From an uncultured delta proteobacterium (GTDB lineage: Bacteria; Myxococcota_A; Polyangia; Polyangiales; Polyangiaceae): a DNA stretch of 64,000 nucleotides. Positions 26,869 through 37,125 of the stretch are shown here, in pieces (position 1 is the stretch's first letter; each line of letters starts with the position of its first letter). Location of the stretch: the NCBI GenBank assembly GCA_963806225.1, contig CAWDXG010000004.1, forward strand, positions 1,152,001 through 1,216,000. Direction: 5' to 3'. The notes beneath the pieces are model-generated. The model saw nothing but the letters and a program-made list of their open reading frames with translations, was not told the origin of the DNA and ran no database searches. The position numbers and the translations under genes are program-made.

Positions 26869-28091
26869 CCGGACCCTCCTTGTGCCTGCGCTCCGACCTC
26901 CAGCCCGTAGCGCTTGAGGATACGCCGCGCCACGGCGACTTTGTGCACCTCGTCGGGGCCATCATAGATGCGCGCGGCGCGTTCGTGGCGAAACCAGCCC
27001 GACAGCGGCGTATCCTCCGTGATGCCGAGCGCCCCGTGGGTCTGGATAGCCCGGTCCAACACCTTCGAGAGCACGCCCGCCGCATGGAACTTGATGCACG
27101 AGATCTCGTCGCGTGCCGCGTAGAGTCCCTGCTGGTCGACTTTCCAGGCCGCGTGCAGCACCATCAGCCGTGCCGCGTCGATCTCGGCGCGGCTCTCGGC
27201 GATCCATTCCTGGATGATCTGCCGCGTGCCGAGCAGGCGCCCCGGCGCGATCTCCCGCGTCGCCGCGCGCCGGCACATCATGTCGAACGCGCGCTCGCAG
27301 ATCCCCATCCAGCGCATGCAGTGGTGGATGCGCCCGGGGCCGAGCCGCTCCTGCGCGATCGCGAAACCCGCGCCCTGCGTGCCGAGCAGGTTTGCCCTGG
27401 GGACGCGGCAGTTGCTGTACTCGATCTCGCCGTGGCTGAGCCAATCGCTGCCGGCCTCGCCCATGATGGGGATGTTCCTCACCAGCCTGAAGCCGGGCGT
27501 GTCCGTGGGAACGATGATCTGGCTCGCGCGCGAATACGGCTGCGCGTCCGGATCCGTCACAGCCATCACGATCGCGAACGCCGCGCCTTCGGCGGCGGTC
27601 GTGAACCATTTCTTCCCATTGATGACGAAGTCGTCGCCATCGACCACCGCCGTGGTGTCCATCCAGGTCGGATTGGACCCGGCGCGGTCCGGCTCGGTCA
27701 TCGAGAAGCAGCTGCGGATCTCCCCTGCCGCCAGCGGTCGCAACCAGCGCGCTTTCTGCTCGTCGGTGCCGAAGCGGGCCAGGATCTCGATGTTGCCGGC
27801 GTCGGGCGCCTGGCAGCCGAAGGCGTAGTGGCCGATCGGGCTCTGTCCGAGCACCTCGCTCACGAGCGCGTGCTCGCGGAAGTCGAGCCCCATGCCGCCC
27901 CACTCTTCCGGCACCTCGGGCGCCCACAGCCCCGCCTCCTTCACCCGGCCGCGCAGCTCGGCGAGCCGCGGAACGTTGTCGCGGAACTCGCGCCCCGCAA
28001 GCTCCCGCTCGAGCGGCACCACCTCGGCCTGCATCAACTCCTCGAATCGAGGCAGGAGCTGCTTCATCCGCCCGGGCATGTCGAACTGCAT
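26865..28091 (-). CDS. Acyl-CoA dehydrogenase family protein (ACAD10/11, LvaC-like)
   Basis: CQAPDAGNIEIL, IRSCFSMTEP, INGKKWF, AQERLGPGRIHHCMR, RIYDGPDEVH. Confidence 0.93.
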   Translation of the reverse strand: MQFDMPGRMKQLLPRFEELMQAEVVPLERELAGREFRDNVPRLAELRGRVKEAGLWAPEVPEEWGGMGLDFREHALVSEVLGQSPIGHYAFGCQAPDAGNIEILARFGTDEQKARWLRPLAAGEIRSCFSMTEPDRAGSNPTWMDTTAVVDGDDFVINGKKWFTTAAEGAAFAIVMAVTDPDAQPYSRASQIIVPTDTPGFRLVRNIPIMGEAGSDWLSHGEIEYSNCRVPRANLLGTQGAGFAIAQERLGPGRIHHCMRWMGICERAFDMMCRRAATREIAPGRLLGTRQIIQEWIAESRAEIDAARLMVLHAAWKVDQQGLYAARDEISCIKFHAAGVLSKVLDRAIQTHGALGITEDTPLSGWFRHERAARIYDGPDEVHKVAVARRILKRYGLEVGAQAQGGSG

Positions 28092-28136
28092 GCCCCGTCA
28101 TACCGCAGGCTGGAGCGGCGGACGATCGGCGAACGG

Positions 28137-28752
28137 CTAGTCGATCGAGAACGTCCTGCGAGGCGTCGGAGCTGGCGTCGACCGACACGTCGGGCTGTGC
28201 GTCCGCGCCGGCATCGGCTCCGGCAGTGCCGCCCGCACCGGATGTGCCGCCCGCACCGGATGTACCGCCCGCGCCGGATGTGCCGCCCGCACCGGATGTA
28301 CCGCCCGCACCGGATGTACCGCCCGCGCCGGATGTACCGCCCGCGCCACCTGTGCTTGGGCCGCCGTCCCCAGCCTGGGCGACGCAGCCGTTGCCGGTGT
28401 CGGTGCCACACGGACCCGCAGGCGCCACGCAACAGGGCTGCCCGAAACCGTTGGTCGGACAGAACGCCGGGTTGCAGCCAGCGTCGCTGCCCCCACCGAC
28501 GCCGCCGAAACCGCTGCCGCCGGTCGCGCCGCTGCCGCCGGTCGCGCCGCTGCCGCCGGTCGCGCCGCTGCCGCCGGTCGCGCCGCTACCGCCGGTCGCG
28601 CCGCTGCCGCCTGTACCCGCGGCGCCACCCGCGCTGCCCGTCGGCAGCCCGCTGTTCTGGGTGCTGGCGCAGGACACCGCCAGTGCCGCTGCGGACGCCC
28701 AGACTAGAAGCTGCACCGCTGACCGCAGCCGTCTCCGTTCCAGTTCAAGCAT
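28137..28752 (-). CDS. Gly-rich repeat lipoprotein with a small Cys domain; frameshift near 28150
   Basis: Lipobox LAVSC; CNPAFCP...CCVAPAGPCG..C between Gly repeats; removing one base gives DVSID-stop. Confidence 0.65.
28231..28338. repeat. Coding 18-bp tandem repeat x6 (GGTSGA)
   Basis: gcccgc(a/g)ccggatgt(g/a)cc units. Confidence 0.9.
28511..28600. repeat. Coding 18-bp tandem repeat x5 (GGSGAT)
   Basis: ccgct(g/a)ccgccggtcgcg units. Confidence 0.9.
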
Positions 28753-28893
28753 CCGCAATCTTCCCGCGCATCGCGCCCATCGTACCCCGCAGAGACCGGA
28801 GCCAGTCTACATGACGCGGCTGGGCTTCGCTACATCGGCGCCGGATGGCCGGCACGGCCGCCGCCGACGCCGCAGATACGTGGACGCATTGCG

Positions 28894-30105
28894 TCAGGAG
28901 CGCGTTTTCCCGTCGCGCAGGGCCTCGAGACGGAGCCGCAGCGCGTTCAGGCGGATGAAGCCTGTCGCATCGGTCTGGTCGTAGACGCTGTCCTGCTCGA
29001 ACGTGACGAAATCCTCGCGATAGAGCGAATACGGGCTCCTGCGCCCCACCACGGTCACGTTGCCCTTGTACAGCTTCATCCGCACCGTGCCGCTCACCAC
29101 GGTCTGGATGGAATCGCACATGGTCTGGAGCATCTCGCGTTCCGGCGAGAACCAGAACCCGCGATAGACGAGCGTCGAGTACTCGGGAACGAGCCCGTCC
29201 CGAATGCGGATCTGCTCGCGGTCGAGCGTGATCGACTCCATCGCGCGATGCGCCTTGTGGAGCACGGTGCCCCCCGGCGTCTCGTACACGCCGCGCGACT
29301 TCATCCCCACGTAGCGGCTCTCGACAATGTCCACGCGCCCGACACCGTGGCGCCCCGCAATGGTGTTCATTCGCGACAAGAGCTCGACGGGCTCGAGCGC
29401 CTCGCCGTTGATCGCCACCGGATTGCCCGCGTCGAAGTCGATCTCGAGATACTCGGGCTCGTCAGGGGCGTCCTCGGGGTCCTTCGTCAGGATGAACATG
29501 TCGCGCGGCGGTTCGACCCACGGATCCTCGAGGATTCCGCCCTCGAACGACAGGTGGAGCAGATTCCGATCCATGGAGTATGGCTTTTCCGCCGTCGCCG
29601 TGACTGGGATGCCGTGGGTCTTCGCATACTGGATGCAGTCGGTGCGCGACTTCAGATCCCACTCGCGCCAGGGCGCGATCACCTGGACTCCGGGGTCGAA
29701 ATGCGCCGCGCCAAGCTCGAACCGGACCTGGTCATTGCCCTTGCCGGTCGCACCATGCGCGATCGCGTCGGCCCCCGTCTGCGCGACGGTCTTCATCATG
29801 CCTTCAATGATGCAGGGCCGGGCCAGCGACGTGCCGAGCAGATACTCGCCCTCGTAGAGCGCGCCCACTCGCAGCGCCGGGAACACGAAGTCGCGGACGA
29901 AGCCCGCTCTGAGGTCCAGCTGCACATAGGCCGCCGCGCCCGTCGCCTTGGCCTTGTCCTCGAGACCGTCGAGCTCCTCGGCCTGGCCCACATCGGCGCA
30001 CCACGCCACGACCTCGCACGAGTACTTCTCCTTCAGCCAACGCAGGATCACGCTGGTGTCCAACCCGCCCGAGTAGGCGAGCACGACCTTTTCCACTTTC
30101 TTCAC
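28894..30105 (-). CDS. argG: Argininosuccinate synthase
   Basis: [47 protein letters not shown]. Confidence 0.97.
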   Translation of the reverse strand: MKKVEKVVLAYSGGLDTSVILRWLKEKYSCEVVAWCADVGQAEELDGLEDKAKATGAAAYVQLDLRAGFVRDFVFPALRVGALYEGEYLLGTSLARPCIIEGMMKTVAQTGADAIAHGATGKGNDQVRFELGAAHFDPGVQVIAPWREWDLKSRTDCIQYAKTHGIPVTATAEKPYSMDRNLLHLSFEGGILEDPWVEPPRDMFILTKDPEDAPDEPEYLEIDFDAGNPVAINGEALEPVELLSRMNTIAGRHGVGRVDIVESRYVGMKSRGVYETPGGTVLHKAHRAMESITLDREQIRIRDGLVPEYSTLVYRGFWFSPEREMLQTMCDSIQTVVSGTVRMKLYKGNVTVVGRRSPYSLYREDFVTFEQDSVYDQTDATGFIRLNALRLRLEALRDGKTRS

Positions 30106-30908
30106 AGAAGCTCCTTGTCCGGATTCTCGAGCGCTTCGCAGAAGCGCTTCGCCAGCCTGCCCGCCTGGTAGCCGTCCAGAATGCGGTGGTCGAACGTGGC
30201 GCCGATGGTGAGCGTGGGGCGGGCGACGACCTGCCCATCTAGCACAGCCGGCGCGTCGTGCACTGCGCCAACGGTCAGGACGATGGGACCGCGCGAAGGC
30301 GGGAACAGCGGCGCGTGGCCGGTGGTCAGGCCGAAACCGGCCACGCTGGTGACCATTGCCGAGCCGAAGGCGTCGTAGGGAATGCCCAGCTTCGACAGGT
30401 CGAGGTCAAAGTCGTAGGTCAGCGTCTCGCCCAGCTTCATGGCCGCGCGGATCAGGGCGGGCGGGAGCGCTCCCAGCCGCCTCGCGCTCACCTGGGTCGG
30501 ATCGTTGCCGCGCTCGCGGATCCGTTCGGTGGCCCGGGCCAGGTCATCGGCGATGCGCGCCACGCTCTTCTCGTCGACGTTGTCGACCTTCGCCCCGGCC
30601 AGGTTCTCCCCGCCTTCGAAGGCGACCTGGAAGAACACATCGATCGAGTCGCGCGCGTAGAGCCGCCCGCGACGCACGATGGCGTTCACCTCCGGGCGCT
30701 CCGCGATGGCGATCGCCACGGCCTTGCCCACCAGATGCGTCAACGTGATGCGGCGGCCGCTCTGTTCGCGGAGCTTCTGCACGTGCGCCACCAGGGGCCG
30801 CGCGTCGATGTCGACAACGCCGTAGACGGTGGGATCGACCGGGCTCTTCCAGGCATGCAGCGCCATCGTGCGCCAGCTCGAGACCCGTTCCAGACGATGA
30901 AAAGTCAT
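30102..30908 (-). CDS. Stand-alone 2-oxoacid dehydrogenase E2-like acyltransferase catalytic domain (no lipoyl domain)
   Basis: [21 protein letters not shown], catalytic [13 protein letters not shown] overlap with argG. Confidence 0.85.
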   Translation of the reverse strand: MTFHRLERVSSWRTMALHAWKSPVDPTVYGVVDIDARPLVAHVQKLREQSGRRITLTHLVGKAVAIAIAERPEVNAIVRRGRLYARDSIDVFFQVAFEGGENLAGAKVDNVDEKSVARIADDLARATERIRERGNDPTQVSARRLGALPPALIRAAMKLGETLTYDFDLDLSKLGIPYDAFGSAMVTSVAGFGLTTGHAPLFPPSRGPIVLTVGAVHDAPAVLDGQVVARPTLTIGATFDHRILDGYQAGRLAKRFCEALENPDKELL

Positions 30909-30966
30909 TTCTACCCCTTTATCACCATAACCAGCCGGACGAGCCCGCGCGCAGACTATGGCGGGG

Positions 30967-31509
30967 CTATCTAGAAGCGCTGGCGAGGGCTGCTTCCAGC
31001 TGTCGGGGGCTCTGCATCCCCACCTTCCGCCAGACCTCGCGCCCATCGCGGTCGAGCACCACCACGGTGGGGACGACGTGGACCGCGCCGAAAGGGCCGT
31101 CGCCCAGGCGCGTGCCTGCGTCCGCGATGGCCACCGGATAGGACAGGTGCAGCGTGGAACGGAACACGTCCGCGAACATGGCGTTCTGTTCCGGCTCCAG
31201 CACGATCGCACCGCCGTTCGCCCGCGGCCGGAACGCGCGCAGGACTTCATCGAGCTTCTGCGCCACGAGCTGGCAGACGGGATCGTAGGTGGTCACGAAC
31301 AGCACCACGGTGGCCCGCCCGCGCGTCGTGTCGCTGCTGAACACCCCACCCCCGGTGGTCCGGTAGGAAAAGAGGATCGGCGTGCCGTGGGCATGGCCGA
31401 CGCTCGATACCTGCGGGCTCTGTGCCGCACCGCCGCCACAGCCGCCTGCCATCAGAGGGGCAAGCCACAGAGCGTGAGGCAGTAGCCGGGCACGGAACGG
31501 CACGGGCAC
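30967..31509 (-). CDS. TlpA/ResA-like thioredoxin-fold lipoprotein with DxxC instead of CxxC
   Basis: Lipobox MAGGC; RGRATVVLFVTTYDPVC; cis-Pro motif VPTVVVLDRDG. Confidence 0.7.
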   Translation of the reverse strand: MPVPFRARLLPHALWLAPLMAGGCGGGAAQSPQVSSVGHAHGTPILFSYRTTGGGVFSSDTTRGRATVVLFVTTYDPVCQLVAQKLDEVLRAFRPRANGGAIVLEPEQNAMFADVFRSTLHLSYPVAIADAGTRLGDGPFGAVHVVPTVVVLDRDGREVWRKVGMQSPRQLEAALASASR

Positions 31510-31514
31510 GGCGC

Positions 31515-32196
31515 TCAGAGAGGCGGCGGTGGCAGGGTACCCCCCGCTCCGGGCCCGAACAGATCCGCGAAAACCTTGAGCGCCTCCGGGATGACGCGGC
31601 CGTTGCGCTGGTGGGCCAGAACGGCGTGCGCCAGCTGGTCGACCAGCGGCTTGAGCGGAGTGCTCTCCATGACCGCTTCGCCCAGCGTATCGCCGGGACG
31701 TGGTGCGTTGCGACGGTCGACGATGGGATCGTGCTTGACCCACTCGAAGCCGCCGGCGGGGCGGTAGCCGCAGGCCAGCACCTGCACGAAATCCAGATAC
31801 AGCGGCGTGACGATGGCGGCGACGCGCAAGCCGGCGCCGCGTGACCCCGCAGAGCGCGCTGGCCGCCACGCGCGGCGTTGCCGCGACGTCGGCGGGACCG
31901 ATCGCCTCGGTGATGCGCGCGCGACGCTCCGGATCGGACTCGACGGCGAGCAGCGGAGCGTAGACCGCAATGCGTGGAACGTTCGCGCGCTCGGCATCGT
32001 GCTCGAGCGCCGAGAGCCAGCGATTGCGCGCCACGGCGTCGAGCTCCTTGTACGCCATCGCCGCGGCCAGTGCGGCTTCTGCGTCCGTCGCAAGTGCACC
32101 CAGCCACGTGACCCATGCGTCGACAACACGCGCATCCAGACCGCTCGACGCGGATAGCGGCGGCTGCGTCAGGTCTGGACTCGAGGGGTGCTTCAT
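31515..32196 (-). CDS. Hypothetical protein, frameshift near 31845
   Basis: N-terminal half in the 30967..32232 ORF frame and C-terminal half in the 31515..32135 ORF frame, both protein-like. Confidence 0.6.
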
Positions 32197-32359
32197 GGCT
32201 CTCGCGGCGCGCTGCCGCAGTTCAAAACGCAAGCTGATGATCTAGAGGATCGAGTGGCGCCTCGCAACGGGCGCCTCGACCAACGCGCACAACCTGTGCC
32301 GAGGGCGCACGCCCCCGCGCCACGCCAGCCACGGGCGGGAATGACGCCGGTCACCCGGT

Positions 32360-32605
32360 TCAGCTGCTCGAGCGCTCGGCGTCGATCACCGCACCGATCT
32401 CGCGCGCCAGGTCGGCGAGCACCTCGTCGAGCTCCGCTGTGCGCGAAACGGGGGCGGCGATTTGCAGGTCTCCGCCGCGTTCGGCAAACAGCGCGCCAAG
32501 TCCTTCGCTGGCTTCGAAGATGCCCTTGACGAACACGACGTCGCGCCGCTCCACGTGGACCCGACGTACCACGAGACCGGGACCGAGCAGCGGCTTCACC
32601 GACAT
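32360..32605 (-). CDS. DUF4911-like small protein
   Basis: RRDVVFVKGIFEASEGLG pattern; 81 aa. Confidence 0.6.
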   Translation of the reverse strand: MSVKPLLGPGLVVRRVHVERRDVVFVKGIFEASEGLGALFAERGGDLQIAAPVSRTAELDEVLADLAREIGAVIDAERSSS

Positions 32606-32723
32606 CGCGCCAGTCTAGCGGATATCCGCCGCGCGCGAAGGACAGGCGCGGCCATTCCTGGCAGAGTACAATCGTGCCGGCTGCGGGCAATTCCGCCCGC
32701 CCTCCGGAATCAGCCAGAACGAG

Positions 32724-34227
32724 ATGAGCCAGCTGGACAGCGAAGCCAACGACAACGACCCCGAAAGCGATCTGCCTCCGTTCGACGGCACGGACGAACT
32801 GGAGGACGAGGAACCGGGGATCTCGATCGACCCCGGGACGCTGCTCACGACGCTCGACGACGAGGAGGGGCTGGACGATGAGCTGGCCACGGATCTCGAC
32901 ATCGGCATCGAGCTCGACGCGCCTCCGGAGGACTCCGAGGAGACGGGCGGCGAGCTGGTACTCGACATCGCGACGCTGCTCAACCTGGGTGACGAGGAAC
33001 CCGACCCGGGCGAGCCGGACGAGACGGGTCCGGTCGACTTCGACGCCTCGGCGGGCATCCAGGCCCCGCCCACCGAGAGCCTCGCGGGGCCGGTCGAGGA
33101 AGGCACGGACGAGCCGTACGAGGATCTCGGTGTCCGGCGATCTCCCGGAGCTCGATGCGGACAGCGAAGGCGACTACGATGGCGAAGACGCCGCTTGGCT
33201 GGAGCTTCCGGAAACCCGCGACGACGAACCGCCACCGTGGGCGGAGCGCCATTGGCGTGACGATGTGCGCGTTCCCGGGGTCCTGGGCGCGGTAGCGCTC
33301 GCCGGCGGAGAGCTGGTTGCCGGCGGCGAAGAGCTCTTGTGGTGGTCCGCAGGCGCCGCTTCGCCGGAACGCCTCGACACCGGCGCGCGCGGCATCGAAA
33401 GCCTGGCCCTGGTCGGTCCGGATTTCGACGCCGTGCTGCTCGCCACCAGGGACCATCGCCTGCTCAGACGCTTCAGGAGCGCCCGCGAGCCGCAGCTCGT
33501 CGCCGGCTGGGGCCGGGTCGTCGGCAGCGGCAATCTGGGCGCGCCCGGCATCGAGCTGTGCCAGTGCGCAGCGAGCGCTCCGGACGTGGTCCTGGCCCGC
33601 ACGTCCTCGGGGCGCCTGGTGCGCAGCGACGACGGCGGCGAAACCTGGGCGGGAGTCGACGTGCGGGCGCGGGTGATCGCCATCGCGCCGAACGGTACGC
33701 CGCTGGCCCTGCTCGTGGGGGACCGGACCGGGCTGAGCCTGCTCAGCTCGGCGGATACCGGCTTGAGCTGGAGCCTGCAGCCGCTGGATGAATCGGGGCG
33801 GCGCGTCGCGGGAGGCACCGCACCGCTGCTCGCGGTCCGGGGCCCGGTCGTCTGCATCGGCGACAGTGCACGCGGGCTAGCCGTGTCGACCGACGGGGGC
33901 GCCAGCTTCGCGCATGTGGACGGCTGCGCGGGGATCAGTGCGCTGGCGACGGGCGAGCTCGACGCCGAGCCGCGCGTCTGGGCGGCAATCTACGATGAAC
34001 CGAACGATCACACCCACCTGGTACTGGTCGACCCCCCACGCGCGAGAGCCGAACGCATCGCCGAGATCGAGGCGCCGGGCCTCGAAGAGGAACCAGCGCT
34101 CGAACATGCGCGCGTAGCCGCGCTAGGGTGGGATCCGGAACGTCGGCGGCTGTGGGCCGCGGGTTTTGGCGGGCTCCGTTCCTGGGCGCCCCCCGGCAGC
34201 GAGGGCAGCGACGTCACAGGAGGCTGA
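32724..34227 (+). CDS. Very acidic N-terminal region plus Asp-box/BNR beta-propeller; frameshift near 33130
   Basis: D/E-rich first ~170 aa; SDDGGETW, SADTGLSW, STDGGASF Asp-boxes. Confidence 0.65.
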
Positions 34228-35971
34228 CGCTTCCAACGCGCGATCGGGGCGCGAGCTCTCGACGCTCTACGACGACGTTGAAAGGGGACTCCTGCGCGAC
34301 GAGGGGCCCGCCGCGGACGCCGCGGCCGCCACGGCGGAGTGGCTCGATGACGCACGCCAGCTCCTGACGCCACTGATCGCGCGGCCGCTCGAGGCCCGGG
34401 CGCGCGTCTCTCCGCCTCCGTCACTACAGGCGGCGATCCTGGCGGCGCGCGTGCGCCGCCGCGCTCTGGCCGACTCCGACGACGTTGCCTCGCTGGCCGC
34501 GACCGCGCGCGGCGGCGCGATTCTGGAACGCCGCGCCGCGCTGGAGCGCCTGGCAGAGCTGGCCAAGCACGACGCGGCGCGGCTCGACGCTGTCGATCTC
34601 CGCCCAGTCAGCCACGAACCCCAGCTCGAGCTCGACCTCCTGCGGCTGTCGGCACGGCTGCGGGGAGCTGCCGGACGCGAGGCGCGGGCGGAGCTCGCCC
34701 GGGTGAATCAGCTGCTCAAGGCGTTCGAAACCGCCGTGCGGCAGGTCGTCGAAGGGGTACGGGGCGGCAATCCGCTCGCAGAGCTCGACCCCCACCAGAG
34801 AGCCCGGTTGATGCTCCACGCGCGCCACCTCGACGACTTCTCGATCGGCTTCATCATCGACAGCATCAGCGCGGCCGTGACCGAAGGAGACACTGCCCAG
34901 GCCGTCGACAGCCTGGCGGCAGTGCGTCCGATGGCCGATGCCCGCCTACTGATGGTGCTCGCCGGTGCACTGCTGGATGACCCGCGCAGCGAGGTGCGGG
35001 CCGAAGCGGCGCGCTGCATCGCGCGCGTCGACGACCGGCGCGTCGTGCCGCTGCTCGTCATGGCCAACGCCCGCGCTTCGGATCTCGGCGAGCGCATCGC
35101 GCTGGCCGAGGCGCTGGGCATCTGGGGCGATTTCCGCAGCAGCGACGCGATCCTCGAGGGGCTGGCGGATCCCGGACGCGGCACGCGCATCGCCGCTCTC
35201 GACGCGCTGTACGACCCCGCGCTGGTCGAGCGGGCGGTGGCGCGGGCAAACCAGGAGGACTTCGACGAACGCCGCGCCGCGATCCGCGCATTGGGACGCG
35301 CCGGCGACGAGCGCGCGCTCGGCTGGCTCGACCGACTTGAAGGCGACGAAGCAGAGCTTCCGCCCGCGCTCGGCGTGGAGCTCTCGGTCGCGCGCGAAGC
35401 CGTGCTCGCGCGCGCCGAGATGCGGGGCGACGCGCCGCACGAGCTGCTCGAACGCGCGCGCCGCGGCGCGCGCAAGAGGACCCGCGCCCTCGAGCGCTCT
35501 CCCGGCGCGCCGCCCACCAAGCGTCACCGCGTGCTGGCGTGGCTCCTGATGCTGAGGGCGCTCGTGCTATCCGCACTGCGTCTGCGCGAATCGGCCAGCG
35601 CGCTGTGCGACCGGGCGCTGGCCGCGGATCCGCGCTGGTACCGGCCAGGGCTCTACCAGGGCCGGCTGTGGGACCGCGCCGGCGATCTGGCGCGTGCGGT
35701 AGCCGGCTACCGACGTGCGCTGGCAATCGCCCCGGCCGAGCTCTCGGCGCGTGCCGCGGACATGACCCGCATTGCCACGGCCTATCTGAACCGCGCCGAA
35801 GCGCTGCACGACGCCGGGCGCATCGAGGTTGCCCGCGCCGTGCTCGACGAGCTCTCGGTCCTCGATCTGTCCTCTGTGCCACCCCACATCCGGCACGCGC
35901 TCAGACGCCGGCGACGGCGGCTCCTGTTGATGCCGTCATTGCCCTCGGCCTCCGGCAGTCCCGCTCGGTAG
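34166..35971 (+). CDS. HEAT-repeat plus TPR protein (start codon uncertain)
   Basis: LDDPRSEVRAEAARCIA..D.R.VPLL, RRAAIRALGRAGD.RAL; ALAADP, AVAGYRRALAIAP. Confidence 0.65.
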   Translation: MAGSVPGRPPAARAATSQEADASNARSGRELSTLYDDVERGLLRDEGPAADAAAATAEWLDDARQLLTPLIARPLEARARVSPPPSLQAAILAARVRRRALADSDDVASLAATARGGAILERRAALERLAELAKHDAARLDAVDLRPVSHEPQLELDLLRLSARLRGAAGREARAELARVNQLLKAFETAVRQVVEGVRGGNPLAELDPHQRARLMLHARHLDDFSIGFIIDSISAAVTEGDTAQAVDSLAAVRPMADARLLMVLAGALLDDPRSEVRAEAARCIARVDDRRVVPLLVMANARASDLGERIALAEALGIWGDFRSSDAILEGLADPGRGTRIAALDALYDPALVERAVARANQEDFDERRAAIRALGRAGDERALGWLDRLEGDEAELPPALGVELSVAREAVLARAEMRGDAPHELLERARRGARKRTRALERSPGAPPTKRHRVLAWLLMLRALVLSALRLRESASALCDRALAADPRWYRPGLYQGRLWDRAGDLARAVAGYRRALAIAPAELSARAADMTRIATAYLNRAEALHDAGRIEVARAVLDELSVLDLSSVPPHIRHALRRRRRRLLLMPSLPSASGSPAR

Positions 35972-36070
35972 TCCGGCCGGGCGCAAGCTCGATGGACTGC
36001 GGACCAGCTTCCAACCGAACCAGGCGCCGGTTCCGCTCCGCGCGCTTTTCTGGCTATGCTCCGCGCCGCG

Positions 36071-36904
36071 ATGGCGTATGTCCCCGAGCAGCTGCTGCGG
36101 CGGGAGATGATCAGGTTCGGTCACCTCTGCTACGAGCGTGGGCTGCTCGTGGGGATGGACGGCAACCTCTCGGTGCGGCTGGGCCGCGGGCTGGTCCTGT
36201 GCACGCAGGCGGGCTGCCACAAGGGGCTCCTTTCGGACGAGCACCTGGTGGTCATCGACATGGACGGGAAGAAGGTGCGCGGACGGGGCGAGCCGACCTC
36301 GGAGATGGCCATGCACCTGGAAGCCTACCGGGCCCGGGACGACGTGCAGGCGGTGATCCACGCCCACCCGCCGATGGCGGTCGCGTTCACGGTCGCCGGC
36401 CTGACGCTTGCCCGCTGTGCGTTGCCGGAGGTGGTGCTGACGCTGGGGACGGTGCCGACGCTCTCCTACGAGACCACCGGAACCGAGCGGCTGGCCGCGG
36501 CCGTCGGCGAGGCCGTGGCGCGCCACGACGGCGTCATGATGGACCGCCATGGGGCGGTGTGCGTGGGCTCGACGCTCCTCGACGCCTTTTGCAAGCTCGA
36601 GACCATCGAGCACATGGCGAAGATCATGAAGGCTGCCCGCGACCTGGGCGGCATCCAGGACCTGCCGGCCGACGAGAGCGTCCGCCTCCGGCGGATGGGC
36701 CTCAAGCGCTACGGCGGCCCGCCCGACGCGGTGGCCCGCGCGGACGAGCCGCTCGCCGACCTGCCACCCGCCTGCCTCGAGTGCTCGGGCTGCGGTAACC
36801 CGAAGAAGGACGGGCTAGCCCCGCCCGCCGGCTTCTCCGTCGCGCGCATCACGGCGCCCGAGGCGATGCCGACCTGCGGGCGCGACATCTCGAACCGGGC
36901 CTGA
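36071..36904 (+). CDS. Class II aldolase/adducin family protein
   Basis: DGNLSVR, PTSEMAMHL..Y, VIHAHP, HGAV; Cys-containing C-terminal extension. Confidence 0.9.
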   Translation: MAYVPEQLLRREMIRFGHLCYERGLLVGMDGNLSVRLGRGLVLCTQAGCHKGLLSDEHLVVIDMDGKKVRGRGEPTSEMAMHLEAYRARDDVQAVIHAHPPMAVAFTVAGLTLARCALPEVVLTLGTVPTLSYETTGTERLAAAVGEAVARHDGVMMDRHGAVCVGSTLLDAFCKLETIEHMAKIMKAARDLGGIQDLPADESVRLRRMGLKRYGGPPDAVARADEPLADLPPACLECSGCGNPKKDGLAPPAGFSVARITAPEAMPTCGRDISNRA

Positions 36905-37125
36905 CCGATCACGCCGCGGGGCCGTGCCCTGAGCTCGGGACGAGCAGTGCATCATCGCTTGCGCACAGAAGAACAACTGCGGCTGCGCAAGCTGTGGGTG
37001 TAGGGATTTCAGTCGTGGTCTAGACTGGGCCACCCCCTGGGCAAGCAAGCTCACGCGCACGAGCTGCAGCAGCGAATGCGCGGGCCCGCCGGGCAAGCCC
37101 GTAGAGCAGCGAAGGCACCAACCTG

